Shown one piece after another: positions 24,850 through 38,300 of a stretch of 64,000 nucleotides of DNA. Position 1 is the first letter of the stretch. Every line of letters starts with the position of its first letter. A program made the position numbers and the translations under genes. The DNA is taken from assembly GCF_963921235.1 (NCBI RefSeq), contig NC_086101.1, forward strand, positions 8,122,001 through 8,186,000, given 5' to 3'. The notes under the pieces were generated by a model that was given only the letters and a program-made list of their open reading frames with translations, did no database searches and had not been told where the DNA came from. This DNA is from Mobula hypostoma. Lineage: Eukaryota.

Positions 24850-27290
24850 GCACATTGGCCTTCATAAATCAGCGTATTGAGTTGGGATGTTATGTTGAAG
24901 TTGTATAAGATGGTGGTGAGGCCTAATCTGGAGTATTGCAAACAATTCTGTTCTGCTGCCTACAGAAAAGATATCAATAAGGTTGAAAGAGTACATAGAG
25001 CATTTACAAGGATTTTGCCTGGAATTGAGGTCCTAAGTTACAAGGAAACATAGAAACATAGAAACATAGAAAATAGGTGCAGGAGTAGGCCATTCGGCCC
25101 TTCGAGCCTGCACCGCCATTTATTATGATCATGGCTGATCATCCAACTCAGAACCCTGCACCAGCCTTCCCTTCATACCCCCTGATCCCCGTAGCCACAA
25201 GGGCCATATCTAACTCCCTCTTAAATATAGCCAATGAACTGGCCTCAACTGTTTCCTGTGGCAGAGAATTCCACAGATTCACTCCCTGTGGAAGACGTTT
25301 TTCCTAATCTCGGTCCTAAAAGGTTTCCCCTTTATCCTCAAACTGTGACCCCTCGTTCTGGACTTCCCCAACATCGGGAACAATCTTCCTGCATCTAGCC
25401 TGTCCAATCCCTTTAGGATTTTATACGTTTCAATCAGATCCCCTCTCAATCTTCTAAATTCCAACGAGTACAAGCCCAGTTCATCCAGTCTTTCTTCATA
25501 TGAAAGTCCTGCCATCCCAGGAATCAATCTGGTGAACCTTCTTTGTACTCCCTCTATGGCAAGGATGTCTTTCCTCAGATTAGGGGACCAAAACTGCACA
25601 CAATACTCCAGATGTGGTCTCACCAAGGCCTTGTACAACTGCAGTAGTACCTCCCTGCTCCTGTACTCGAATCCTCTCGCTATAAATGCCAGCATACCAT
25701 TCGCCTTTTTCACCACCTGCTGTACCTGCATGCCCACTTTCAATGACTGGTGTGTAATGACACCCAGGTCTCGTTGCACCTCCCCTTTTCCTAATCGGCC
25801 ACCATTCAGATAATAATCTGTTTTCCTATTTTTGCCACCAAAGTGGATAACTTCACATTTATCCACATTAAATTGCATCTGACATGAATTTGCCCACTCA
25901 CCCAACCTATCCATGTCACCCTGCATCCTCTTAGCATCCTCCTCACAGCTAACACTGCCGCCCAGCTTTGTGTCATCTGCAAACTTGGAGATGCTGCATT
26001 TAATTCCCTCATCCAAGTCATTAATATATATTGTAAACAACTGGGGTCCCAGCACTGAGCCTTGCGGTACCCCACTAGTCACTGCCTGCCATTCTGAAAA
26101 GGTCCCGTTTATTCCCACTCTTTGCTTCCTGTCTGCTAACCAATTCTCTATCCACATCAATACCTTACCCCCAATAACGTGTGCTTTAAGTTTGCACACT
26201 AATCTCCTGTGTGGGACCTTGTCAAAAGCCTTTTGAAAATCCAAATATACCACATCCACTGGTTCTCCCCTATCCACTCTACTAGTTACATCCTCAAAAA
26301 ATTCTATGAGATTCGTCAGACATGATTTTCCTTTCACAAATCCATGCTGACTTTATCCGATCATTTCACCGCTTTCCAAATGTGCTGTTATCACATCTTT
26401 GATAACTGACTCCAGCAGTTTCCCCACCACCGACATTAGGCTAACCGGTCTATAATTCGCCGGTTTCTCTCTCCCTCCTTTTTTAAAAAGTGGGGTTACA
26501 TTAGCCACCCTCCAATCCTCAGGAACTAGTCCAGAATCTAACGAGTTTTGAAAAATTATCACTAATGCATCCACTATTTCTTGGGCTACTTCCTTAAGCA
26601 CTCTGGGATGCAGACCATCTGGCCCTGGGGATTTATCTGCCTTCAATCCCTTCAATTTACCTAACACCACTTCCCTACTAACATGTATTTCGCTCAGTTC
26701 CTCCATCTCACTGGACCCTTTGTCCCTTACTATTTCTGGAAGATTATTTATGTCCTCCTTAGTGAAGACAGAACCAAAGTAATTATTCAATTGGTCTGCC
26801 ATGTCCTTGCTCCCCATAATCACTTCACCTGTTTCTGTCTGTAGGGGACCTACATTTGTCTTTACCAGTCTTTTCCTTTTTACATATCCGTAAAAGCTTT
26901 TACAGTCAGTTTTTATGTACCCTGCCAGTTTTCTCTCATAATCTCTCATAAAGGTCAAATAGGTTAGGATTTTATTCCCTGGAGAGTGTAGACAAATGAG
27001 GAGAGACTTGATAGAGATATACAAAATTATGAAGGGTAGAGATAGGGTAAATGCAAGCAGGCTTTTTCCACTGAGGTTGGGTGAGACTAGAAGTAGAGGT
27101 CATGGGTTAAGAGTGAAAGGTGAAATATTGAAGGGGAATCTCGGGGGAACTGCATGTGAGCTGCCAGAAGTTTGGTAAGGCACATGGATGGGAAGGGATA
27201 GAGGGCTGTGGTCCAGGTATCAATGGGACGAGGCAGGTTTGCACTGCAACATGGATTAGATGGGCCTGTTTCTGTTCTGAAGTACTCTAT
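24850..27290 (+). mobile_element. Older CR1 3' fragment (about 24850-25046 plus 26946-27290) split by a nested CR1
   Basis: cctaagttacaagga continues as aaggtcaaataggttagg after the insert. Confidence 0.75.
25047..26945 (-). mobile_element. Young 5'-truncated CR1 with nearly intact RT
   Basis: ORFs 27024-26353 and 26337-25279 (KSPGPDG, YRPVSL, YLDFQKAFDK, KFADDTK); (TTTCTATG)n tail at about 25047-25072. Confidence 0.93.
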
Positions 27291-27309
27291 GACCCTAGAG
27301 GTGTGATAG

Positions 27310-28320
27310 GCAGGTGGGAGTGGGAAGGATGGGAATGGGGTGACAGAGGGTGGGAAGTGATTCAGAGCTGCAGATATGGAATCTGATTGGAGGGGATTTT
27401 GGAACCTTTATACAGCATATCTCCCCTCTTTCACCCTCAGTGAAAGGCTTTGACTCAAGCTTTGACTGTCACATGCTGCCTAACCCATTGAGTTCCTTCT
27501 GTGTCTTCCTTAACACTGAGATTAACTTTGGCCCTGGAGTGGGAAGAGGAAGGCTTACCATGACAAGGATAACAGGAGAGGAAGGAGGGTGGTGATTTCA
27601 GAGGGGAACAGTGGGAGGAATGTGTGGGTTGTAGGAAGATGGAGAGGGCAAAGGAAATAGGGTGTTGGAGGGGGCGCAGGGGGTGAAGAAGGAATTGAGT
27701 AGATCAGGAGAAGAGAAAAGGGATGGAGGGGAATCCTATTGAAAATAGAGAAGTTATGCTGTCAGGCATTAAACCCTGCCCCTCCAGGCTGAATATGGGG
27801 AGTTGATAGTTCATAAGCCAACCTCTCTCTCCATGGCTTCCTCCTGGCAATGAAAGAGGCCAAGGACACAGACTGGTGCGGAAATTGGAGAGGGGAATTA
27901 AAATGGCTAGCAATCAAGAATTCCAGGTAGCCATGGTGGGCGGAGTGCAGGTGCTTGCTAAAGAGGTTGTCTAGTCTGCCGCTAGTCTCACTGCAGATAG
28001 GTGATGTACCTGACTCTTGGCGCTTTGGTGAGCTGCTGGGAAACATGGGGAGAATAATTATGGGAAAAATGAGGGAATAGATCTGTAAGCCAGACAGTGG
28101 GTTCTCTGTCGTAGAGAAATAGAGAGTTTGTTTCCGGGGCAGGATTTGAACCCATGGGTTTTCTTGTTGGGAGGCAGGTGTGGACATCAAAGGGGCTTCT
28201 GCGAGAAGGATCCAGTGGTCAGGTCAATACTCCTCAGCTCTCCAGAACCCGCTCTCATCTTCAGCTCTGACTCTGGATACCATTTCCCAACCTTCCCACT
28301 ACCTGCCGATGAGTAATAGC
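27310..28320 (-). mobile_element. Penelope-like element remnant (GIY-YIG endonuclease C-terminal region + 3'UTR)
   Basis: Minus ORF ETSGRLDNLFSKHLHSAHHGYLEFLIASHFNSP resembles the vertebrate PLE GIY-YIG tail (ETxRRLxxRFxEHL..VAxHFNS). Confidence 0.7.
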
Positions 28321-28499
28321 TTTCACAACGTCCCTTCCTCCATGAGGGCGGCAGAATTGTGAAATGCTCCTGATGTTAGCTGTTGCGACCTGTATTTCGA
28401 AGCCTTTGGGAGCTTGTGGGGAATTGACAGGCAGCTGAGTTTGAGGCAGCAGATTTGCTTCATCGCTTCTGACAGTGAATGAAGAGCTTTTGACACAGA

Positions 28500-29110
28500 G
28501 AATAAGAAAAAGAAGAAGAATTAGGCCATTTGTACATCGAATCTGCTTCAATGATCACTGACTTTTCTGTTTCTCAAACCCATTCTCCGGCTTTCTGGAA
28601 CTCTTCAATGAGACTATTTGGAGGTATATCTGATGAGCTAGTTCTTAGGCAATAAACCATAAGCTATTGGAGCACCTAACAAGCCTGCTGCACCATTCAA
28701 TTATGGCTGATCCTTTTTTACCTCCTCCTTCCACTGCCTTGAAAATTTGTGATTTCTCTAGGAACTTCAAGGTTCTTTAATCCTTAATACTCTTACCAAT
28801 CAAGGACCTATCAATCTTTCCCTTAAATGTACCCAATGACTTGACCTACACGGTCCTCTGGGGCAATGAATTCCACAGCTTCCACCCTCTAGCTGTAGAA
28901 ATTTCCCCTTCATTTCAGTTTCAAAGGGACATACCTTTCTACTGAGGCTGTGCCCTTCAATAATATGTTCTCCTAAAAAAGGAAACACCCTCCCTTGTCC
29001 ACTCTATCTAGGACATTTAATATTCGACAGGTTTCATGGAGATCCCTTCTTGTTCTTCTAGACTCCGGCGCATGCGGTCCCAGAGCCTTCAAATTCTCCT
29101 CATACATTCA
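28500..29110 (-). mobile_element. CR1 3' end fragment
   Basis: Homologous to 3745-4150 (aatgacttgacc..aatgaattccacag..ctttctactgaggctgtgccc). Confidence 0.75.
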
Positions 29111-29914
29111 AAGGCTCAAAAGTTCAAAGGTACATTTAACATAGAAACATAGAAACATAGAAAATAGGACATAGAAAAACGTCAGAGAAATGTTTACAAT
29201 ATACATCCTGAAATGCTTTTTCCTCGCAACCATCCATGAAAACAGAGTGCCCCAAAGAATGAACAACAGTTAAATGTTAGGACCCCAAAGTCCCCCTCCC
29301 AATTACCCACCCTCCCACGCATAAGCAGCAGCAAGCAACGGTCCCCCCTCCCCCCACCGGGAAAAAAAAACATCGGCGCCCCCCCACCATTAACCCTTTC
29401 ATTCCCACAACCATTCTCGTGAACCTTGTATTATTTATTTTTTGTTTAGGAATCCAGCGTGGAACAGACCCTTCCGACACAACCTAGCAACACTTCTGTT
29501 TCAAACTAGGCTAATCAGGGGACAATTTACAATGAACTACCAAGCTACAACTAACCTACCAAATGGTACTGTACGCATTTGGACTGTGGGAGGAAACTGG
29601 AAGACCCAAAGGAAACACTTATGGTTTATGGGGGAAGAATCCTTGCAGATGGTGCCAGAATTGACCTATGAACCCCGGAAGGGCCGAGCTGTAGAGGCAT
29701 TGCGTTAACCGCTCCACTACCATGGCAGCCTCTATCTATGGTGGCACCCTTCCATGGACTCTCTGTAATGCTGGCACATCCTTTCTTATATAAAGGGCCC
29801 AAAACTGCTCACAGTATCCCCATACTTCCTTTCACTGTATTCCATCTGCTCATTCTCCCAACCTGTATAAGTCTTTCTGAAGACTCCCTGCTTCCTGAAC
29901 ACGACCTGCCCCTC

Positions 29915-30700
29915 CACTTTGTTGGTAAGAACAGAAAGGCAGATTATTATCTAAATGGAGTCAAGTTAGGAAAAGGGGAAGCACAACGAGATCGAGGTGT
30001 TCTTGTACATCAGTCACTGAAAGCAAGCATGCAAGTACAGCAGGCAGTGAAGAAAGCTAATGGCATGCTGGCCTTCATAACAAGGGGAATTGAGTATAAG
30101 AGCAAAGAGGTCCTTCTGCAACTGTACAGGGCCCTGGTGAGACCACACCTGGAGTACTGTCTGCAGTTTTGGTCTCCAAATTTGAGGAAGAACATTCTTG
30201 CTATTGAGGGAGTGCAGCGTAGGTTCACAAGGTTAAATCCCAGGATGGCGGGACTGTCATATGTCAACAGATTGGAGCGACTGGGCTTGTATACTCTGGA
30301 ATTTAGAAGGCTGAGAGGGGATCTTATTGAAACGTATAAGATTATTAAGGGATTGGACATGCTGAAGGCAGGAAGCATGTTCCCGCTGATGGGTGAGTCC
30401 AGATCCAGAGGCCACAGTTTAAGAACTAGGGGTAGGCCATTTAGAACGGAGTTGAGGAAAAACTTATTCACCCAGAGAGTGGTGGATATAGAATGCTGTG
30501 CCCCAGAAGGCTGTGGAGGCCAAGTCTCTGGATGCTTTCAAAAAAGAGATGGATAGAGCTCTTAAAGATAGCAGAATCAAAGGTTATGGGGATAAGGCAG
30601 GAACGGGTTACTGATTGTGGATGATCAGCCATGATCACAGTGAATGGCGGTGCTGGCTCAAAGGGCCGAATGGCCTACTCCTGCACCTATTGTCTATTGT
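29915..30700 (+). mobile_element. Young CR1 3' fragment nested in an older minus-strand CR1 (about 29745-31345)
   Basis: Open ORF GKNRKADYYLNG..LYRALVRPHLEYC..RGHSL; same subfamily as 25047-26945; tail cctattgtctattgt. Confidence 0.88.
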
Positions 30701-31788
30701 CCATCTCAATCATCCACAAACCAGGCACAATGCTAACATTTCCTTCATCCAGGTCATTAACATTTAAAGTGAGAAGCACACTGACTCCCATGGAACTCCA
30801 CTAATAGCCACCCTGTAAAGGATCCCTTTATCCCTACTCTCTGTCTTCTGCCACTCAACCGATCTCCTATGTACGCTCCTGGTTAGCAGCATCCTGTGCA
30901 TCAGCTTGTCAAAGGTCATTTGCAAATCCAAGTAAGTAACATCCAATGACACTCCTTTGTCTCTGCCGTTTGTTACCACCTTAAAGAGTTTCAACAGATT
31001 TTTCAAGCAAGGTCTCCCCTGAGCTTTGCCCTGGTTCATCGGTGCTTAATCCTAAATAATGGACTCCAAAGTCTTACCAACCACTGAAATCAGGCTAATT
31101 GTCCTATAATGTCCTGACTTTTGTCTCTCACCATTCTGAAACAGAGTGATAATTGAAAGATCACCATTAATGCCTCCACAATCTCTTCAGCCGCCTCTTT
31201 CTGAACTGAGTGATGTTGTCCTTCTGGTCCAGGTGATTTATCCAGCTTCCCCAGCACCTTCTCCTTAGTGATGACCACCACACTCACCTCTGTCGCCGAC
31301 TCTCCTGAATGTCCATCACGTTACTGGTGCCCTCCACTGTGAATGTTGATACAAAGTGAGTCTGAATTCATGGTCTAATTAAATCTTCCCTTAGTGTTTT
31401 TGGATACTTGCCACAGGCCCATCAGTGACAGTAATTTTCACTGGTAAATTGCAGCAATTTGATCTGCCCTGACACATTCAGGTGCTGATGTTTTAATCTG
31501 CTCTCTGATTCACTGTAGGCTCTTTGCCAAGTGCACTCCATGCAGACGGCAACCAGCGCAAAGATCTCACAGAGAAACTGAGTGGGATCTTTAACCTCAC
31601 CTGAGGGGTGGAACGGTTAGTGCATTGTTTTACAGCGCCAGCTAGTGATCACCAATCGGGGTTAAATTGTACGTTCTCCACCTTGACCGATTTGGTTCCC
31701 TCCAGGTGCTCAAGTTTCCTCTCACACTTCAAACGGTTAAATGGTGGGCATGTTATGTTGGTGCAGGGAGCGTGGCAAAACTTGCTGG

Positions 31789-32534
31789 TCACTCTGAAGT
31801 GGCTTCTTTAACTCATATGTTTTGGTCTTGTCCTCTTTTGGAAAAATATTGGAAAGATATTTTTGATATTATTTCAACTGTTCTATGCTTCAATTTAAAA
31901 CCCCACCCTATTACGGCAATTTTTGGATTGCCAGTGGTAGAATATAGATCTTTGTCTTCTTCAGCCTGTCGGGTGATAGCATTTGTTACTTTAATAGCGA
32001 GAAGATCTATTTTGTTGAACTGGAAAGAAATCAATCCTCCAACTACATTTCAATGGTTTTCTCAAACCATATTAAGTTTAAATTTAGAAAAAATTAGAAG
32101 TGATATTTTTGATCCTTCAGTTAAATTTGAAGAAACTTGGAAACCTTTTATGCAATATTTTCATATGATGTAATTTGACCTTTCCAAATCTTTTTTTTAA
32201 CTTAAATTATATGAGTAGAAGAGCGGAGTTGACAACATTACTGAACGTGTCTGATTCAAGATATTGGTCTAGCCCTGTTTTGTTCTTTTTTTGGGGGGCG
32301 GGGGGTCCTCTTTTTCTTTTGGGGATTTTTTTTGTTTATATATATTTTTCTTTTTATTTCTTTTTTTAATGACTAATTTCATTATGAGTTTGGAAGTCTT
32401 TTATATCTATGTTACTTAAAATCTGTTTTGTTTATGCTGATTAAGAAGATTCCAATTTCTTTGTATCATCTTTGTTACTGAATTTAGAATTTATAATTTT
32501 GAAAATTAATAAAAAGATTTAAAAAGAAAGAAAG
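31789..32534 (+). mobile_element. L1-clade LINE 3' end with 12-bp TSD, inserted into a SINE
   Basis: SLTHMFWSCP..WKDIF..RRSILLNWK..F(EE)TWKPF C-terminal L1 motifs; AATAAA plus A-rich tail; TSD aaaacttgctgg at 31777-31788 and 32535-32546. Confidence 0.88.
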
Positions 32535-32646
32535 AAAACTTGCTGGCTGCCCAGCACGATCTTCACTTTGACTTGATTTAATACAAATGATGCATTGCAT
32601 GGTACGTTCGAATGTACATATGACAAATAAATCTAATCTGTGAGGT

Positions 32647-33322
32647 GAGGCGAAGATTGTGGCGTGACGCAGCTCGCAGCGGCCTCTCCGTGAATGATAT
32701 CTGTTATCTGTCAAGGAGGGTGCCATGCACAATCCTGATTTGATGGAGACGGACGTGAGAGCACGGAGGAACATGTGGTGAAACTTCTGAAATGCCTGCT
32801 TCGTTGCCGCTGCTATTGCGTGGTCCAGAATCTCGGGAGGGGAACGCCCCGAGTCCTCGGCTTTGCTTGTTGCTCGGCGGACGGGATGGGGTCGAAGCGC
32901 TCGGCAGAGATGGTGCTCGGTGCTCGGTGTCGGAGGGCTGGTTGGAGGCTCGAAGTTTTCAGACAGACTCAGAGTCAGCTGCGGTCGGGTGCTTCTCAAT
33001 GCATCAGCAAGTTTGCAGCGCTGGAGGTTCATAGCAGGGAGAGTTTTTCCCTTCTACCATCTGCGAGGGATGCTGGGGCTATCGGGACTTGAGACTTGTT
33101 TTTACCATGCTCATGGTCTGCTCTTTATCAAATTACGGTATTGCTTTGCACTGTTGTAACTATATGTTATAGTTATGTGGTTTTGTCAGTTTTAGTCTTG
33201 TTTTGTCCTGTGTTTCTGTGATATCATTCTGAAGGAACATTGTATCATTTTTTTAATGCATGCATTTCTGAATGACAATAAACGAGGACTGAGTGTCCTC
33301 ATAATCTCATCTAATCTAATCT
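32647..33322 (+). mobile_element. About 680-bp non-coding, non-autonomous retroelement (relative of 16431-17054)
   Basis: Colinear with 16431-17054 plus an internal extra segment; 3' gaggac-tgagt-gtcctc hairpin and (atcta)n tail. Confidence 0.8.
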
Positions 33323-33589
33323 TTAATCTGTAAACTCCACTCCTAAAAACCTGTGAGCTCCTTTAATCCCAACTGTTTACTCATCATTTTCTCTTTAATG
33401 CTTACACACTACAAATGTAATTTGCTGAATTTGCATTGTTTCTTTGTTGGCATATATTTTATCAGGAATAAAGTCTATTTTTTATTTTAGTAAAAAAAAT
33501 CACCATTAATCCTATGCTCCGTAACCACTTCCCTAAATCTTTCCATCAATAAATCTTTTGACCCTAAACAAAAGGTAATCTGCAGATGC

Positions 33590-34620
33590 TGGAAATAAGA
33601 TCGTAATACAAAGGAGCAGAATTAGCCATTTGGGTCATTGACTCTGCTCTACCATTCAATCATGGCTGATTCTTTATTAACCTCCTCAGCCCCACTCCCC
33701 AGCCTTCTCCGGTAACCTTTGATGTCGTGTCCAATCAAGAACCTATCAAGCTCTGCTTTAAATACAGCCTACAACCCATCCTCCACAGCTGCCTGTGGTA
33801 ATAAATTCCACAAATTCATTACCCTTTGACTAAAAAAACTTCCCACATCTCTGTTTTAAATGAGTACTGCTCTATCCTGAGGCTGTGCCTCTTGTCCTAG
33901 ACTCCCCCACCATGGGAAACATCCTTTCCACATCTACTCTGTCTTGGCCTTTCAACATTTAAAAGGTTTCAATGAGGTCTCCCCTCATCCTTCTAAATTC
34001 CAGAGAGTACAGACCCAGAGCCATCAAACGTTCCTTGTATGATAAGCCTTTCATTCCTGGAATCATCCTTGTGAACCTCCTTTGGACCCTCTCCAATGCC
34101 ACTACATATTTTCTAAGATGAGGAGCCCAAAACTGTTCACAATACAGTACTCAAGGTGAGGCCTCACCAGTGCCTTATAAAGTGTCAGCATCACATCTCT
34201 GCTCTTGTACTCTTGGCCTCTTGAAATGAATGCTAACATTCCATTTACCTTCCTCACTACCAACTCTACCTGCAAGTTAACCTTTAGGGTGTTCTGTCCT
34301 TCATATTTCAAAGTTTTGGATTACCTCCTTGTTTCGAAAATAGTCTTCAAAGAAGCGGTCCCAACATGGACCTCAGTGGAACCCTACTAGTCATGGCAGA
34401 CAACCAGAAAAGGATCCTTTTATTCCTGCTCACTGCCTCCTACCAATCAGTCAATGCGCTAACCATGCCAATAATTTGCCTGTAACGCCATGGGCTCTTA
34501 ACTTGGTAAGCAGCCTCATGTGTGGCACTTTGTCAAAGGCTTTCTGAAAATCCAAATATACAACATCCATTACATCCCCTTTATCTATCCTTCTTGTAAT
34601 CTCCTCAAAGAATGCCAGCA
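33590..34620 (-). mobile_element. CR1 3' fragment
   Basis: LAFISRGQEYKSRDVMLTLYKALVRPHLEYC motif. Confidence 0.85.
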
Positions 34621-35364
34621 GGTTCTAGAGGAATTGGGTAAGGCAGGTGCAGTCGTGTCATTTAAGAAACACTTGGATAGGTACATGGGGGTGGGGCTTG
34701 GAGAATACGAGTCAATTGGGGGAAATTGGGACATGCTGGTTGGGCACTGTGATCTGCATGGACTAGATGGGCTGAATGGCCTGCACCCATGCTCTATTAC
34801 TCTGGCTTGCAGTGTCTCTTAAACATGGTCACTGTACCTGATTCCAACCACCACCTCGGCGTTGGCATTTCACTTGGGCCCACAACACGGGTCTCTCCAG
34901 CAGGTCTACATGATGCAGGTCGGGCCAGACCTTATGCCTTTGCAACAAATTTCACAGCAAAAGAAAATCCTCCTCATCTCTGTTCTAAAAGGATGCCCAT
35001 CTATTCTGAGGGTGTGCCCTCTGGTCTTAAAATCCCCCATAGGAAACATCCTCTCCACATACACTCTATCAAGGCCTTTCACCATTTGATAGGTTTCAAT
35101 GAGGTCACCCCGTCATTCTTGCAAATTCTAGTGAATACAAGCCCAGAGCATTCAAATGCCATTCATAGGTGGGGTGGCATGGTAGCATGGCCATTGGCAT
35201 AAAGCCTTGAAGTGCCAGCTGCTGTCTGTAAGGAGTTTGGATGTTCTCCCTGTGATCTTTGGGTGCTCTGGTTTCCTCCCAAATTTCAAGAGGTCCAGAA
35301 TACAAGAGGAAGGATATGATGTTAAGGCCTTGTAAGGCACTGGTGAGGCTTCACCTTGAGTAGA

Positions 35365-38300
35365 CAAGCATAGAAACAAAGAAAACCTAGAGTACAATAC
35401 AGGCCCTTTGGCCCACAAAGCTGTGCCGAACATGTCCTTACCTTAGAACTACCTAGGCTTACCCATAGTCCTCAATTTTTTCAAAGCTCCATGTTTTCAT
35501 CCAGGAGTCTCTTCAAGGACCCTATCGTTTCCGCCTCCACCACTGCCTCTGGCAGCCCATTCCATGCACTAACCACTCTCTGTATAAAAAACTTATCCCT
35601 GACAACTACTCTATACCTACTCCCCAGCACCTTAAAACCATGCCCTCTCATGCGAAACATTTCAGCCTCTGACAATCCACGTGATCAATGCCTCTCATTA
35701 TCTTGTACCTCTATCAGGTCACCTCTCATCCTCCGTCGCTCCAAGGAGAAAAGGCCACGTTCACTTAACCTATTCTCATAAGGCATGCTCCCCAATCCAG
35801 GCAAAATCCTTGAAGATCTCCTCTGCACTCTTTCTATGGTTTCCACGTCCTTCCTGTAGTGAGGCATCCAGAATTAAGCACAGTACTCCAAGTGGGGTCT
35901 GACCAGGGTCCTATATAGCTGCAACATTACCTCTCAGCTCATAAACTCAATTCTACTATTGATGAAGGCCAATACACCATATGACCACAGAGTCAACCTG
36001 CGTAGCAGATTTGATGGTCCTATTGACTCGGACCCCAAGATCCCTCTGATCTTCCACACAGCCAAGAGTCTTGCCATTAATGTTATATTCTTCCATCATA
36101 TTTGACCTCTCAAAATGAACCACCTCAGACTTGTTTGGGTTGAACGCCATCTGCCACTTCTCAGTCCAGTTTTGCATCCTATCAATGACCCACTGCAACC
36201 TATGAGAGCCCTCCACACTATCCACAACACCCCTAACCTTGGTGTCATCAGCAAATTTACTAACCCATCCCTCCACTTCCTCATCCAGGTCATTTATAAA
36301 AATCACAAAGAGTAGGGGCCCCTGAACAAATCTCTGAGGCACACTACTGGTCACCGACCTCCATGCAGAATATGACCCATCGACAATCACTCTTTGCCTT
36401 CTGTGGGCAAGCCAGTTCTGGATCCACAAAGCAATGTCCCCTTGGATCCCATGCCTCCTTACTTTCTCAATAAGTCTTGCATGGGGTATATTATAAAATG
36501 CCTTGCTAAAATCCATATACACTACAACTACGGCTCTATCCTCATCAATGTGTTTAGTCACATCCTCAAAAAATTCTATCAGGCTCGTAAGGCATGACCT
36601 ACCTTTGACAAAGCCATGCTGACAATTCCTAATCATATTATGTCTCTCCAAATGTTCATAAATCCTGCCTGTCAGGATCTTCACCAACTTACCAACCACT
36701 GAAGTAAGACTCACTGGTCTATAATTTCCGGGGCTATCTCTACTCCCTTTCTTGAATAAGGAACAACATCCGCAACCTGCCAATCCTCCGGAACCTCTCC
36801 CGTCCTTATTGGTGATGCAAAGATCATCGCCAAAGGATCAGCAATCTCCTCCCTCACTTCCCACAGTAGCCTGGGGTACATCTTGTCTGGTCCCATTGAC
36901 TTATCCAACTTGATGCTTTCCAAAAGCTCCAGCAAATCCTCTTCCTTAAAATCTACATGCTCAAGCTTTTCACTCTGCTGCAAGTCTTCTCTATAATTGC
37001 CAAGATCCTTTTCTGTAGTGAATACTGAAGTAAAATATTCATTAATTACCTCTGATATCTCCTCCTGTTCCATACACACTTTTTCACTGTCACACTTGAT
37101 TGGTCCTATTCTTTCACATCTTATCGTCTTGCTCTTCACATACTTGTAGAATGCCTTGAGGTTTTCCTTAATCCTGTCCACCAAGGCCTTCTCATGGCCC
37201 CTTCTCGCTCTCCTAATTTCATTCTTAAACTCCTTCCTGCTAACCTTATAATCTTCAAGACCTCTATCATTACCTAGTTTTTTGAACCTTTCATAAGCAT
37301 TTCTTTTCTTCCTGACTAGATTTACATCAGCCTTTGTACACCACAGTTCCTGTACCTTACCACACTTTCCCTGTCTCATTGGAACATATCTACACAGAAC
37401 CCCACGTAGATATCCCCTGAACATTTGTCACATTTCTTCTGTACTTTTCCCTGAGAACATCTGTTTCCAATTTATGCTTCCAAGTTCCTGCCTGATAGCC
37501 TATTTCCCGTTACTCCAATTAAATGTTTCCCTAACTTGTCTGTTCCTATCCTTGTGCAATGCGATGGTAAAGGAGATAGAATTGTGATCACTATCTCCAA
37601 AATGCTCTCCCACTGAGAAACATGACAGCTGACCAGGTTCATTTCCCAATACCAGATCAAGTACAGCCTCTCTACATATTGTAGGCTTATCTACATATTG
37701 TGTCAAGAAACCTTCCTGAACACACCTAACAAACCCCACCCCATCTAAACCCCTCACTCTAGGGAGATGCCAATCAATATTTTGGAAATTAAAATCTCCA
37801 CCACAACAACCCTGTTATTATTACTCCTTTGCAGAATCTGTCTCCCTATCTGCTCCTTGATATCCCTGTTACTATTGTGTGGTCTATAAAAAACACCTAG
37901 AAGACTTATTGACCCCTTCCTGTTCCTAGCATCCACCCACAGAGACTCTGGAGACAACCCCTCCATGACTTCCTCCTTTTCTGCAGCCGTGACACTATCT
38001 CTGATCAACAGTGCCACGCCCCCACCTCTTTTGCTTCCTTCCTTGTCCTTTCTGAAACATCTAAAGCCTGGCACTTGAAGTAGCCATTCCTGCCCCTGCA
38101 CCATCCAATACTCTGTAATGGCTACAACACCATAGCTCCAAGTGCTGATCCACGGTCTAAGCTCATTCACTTTATTCATAATGCTCCTTATATTAAAATA
38201 GACACATCTCAAACCATCAGTCTGATTGCATCCCTTCTCTATCACCTGCCTGTCCTCCCTTTTGCACTGTCTCCAAACTTTCTCTATTTGTGAGCCAGCT

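Noticed and set aside
31667-31788. N-terminal part of the 168-aa ORF
   Set aside because: SINE sequence fortuitously in frame with the L1 fragment that starts at 31789.
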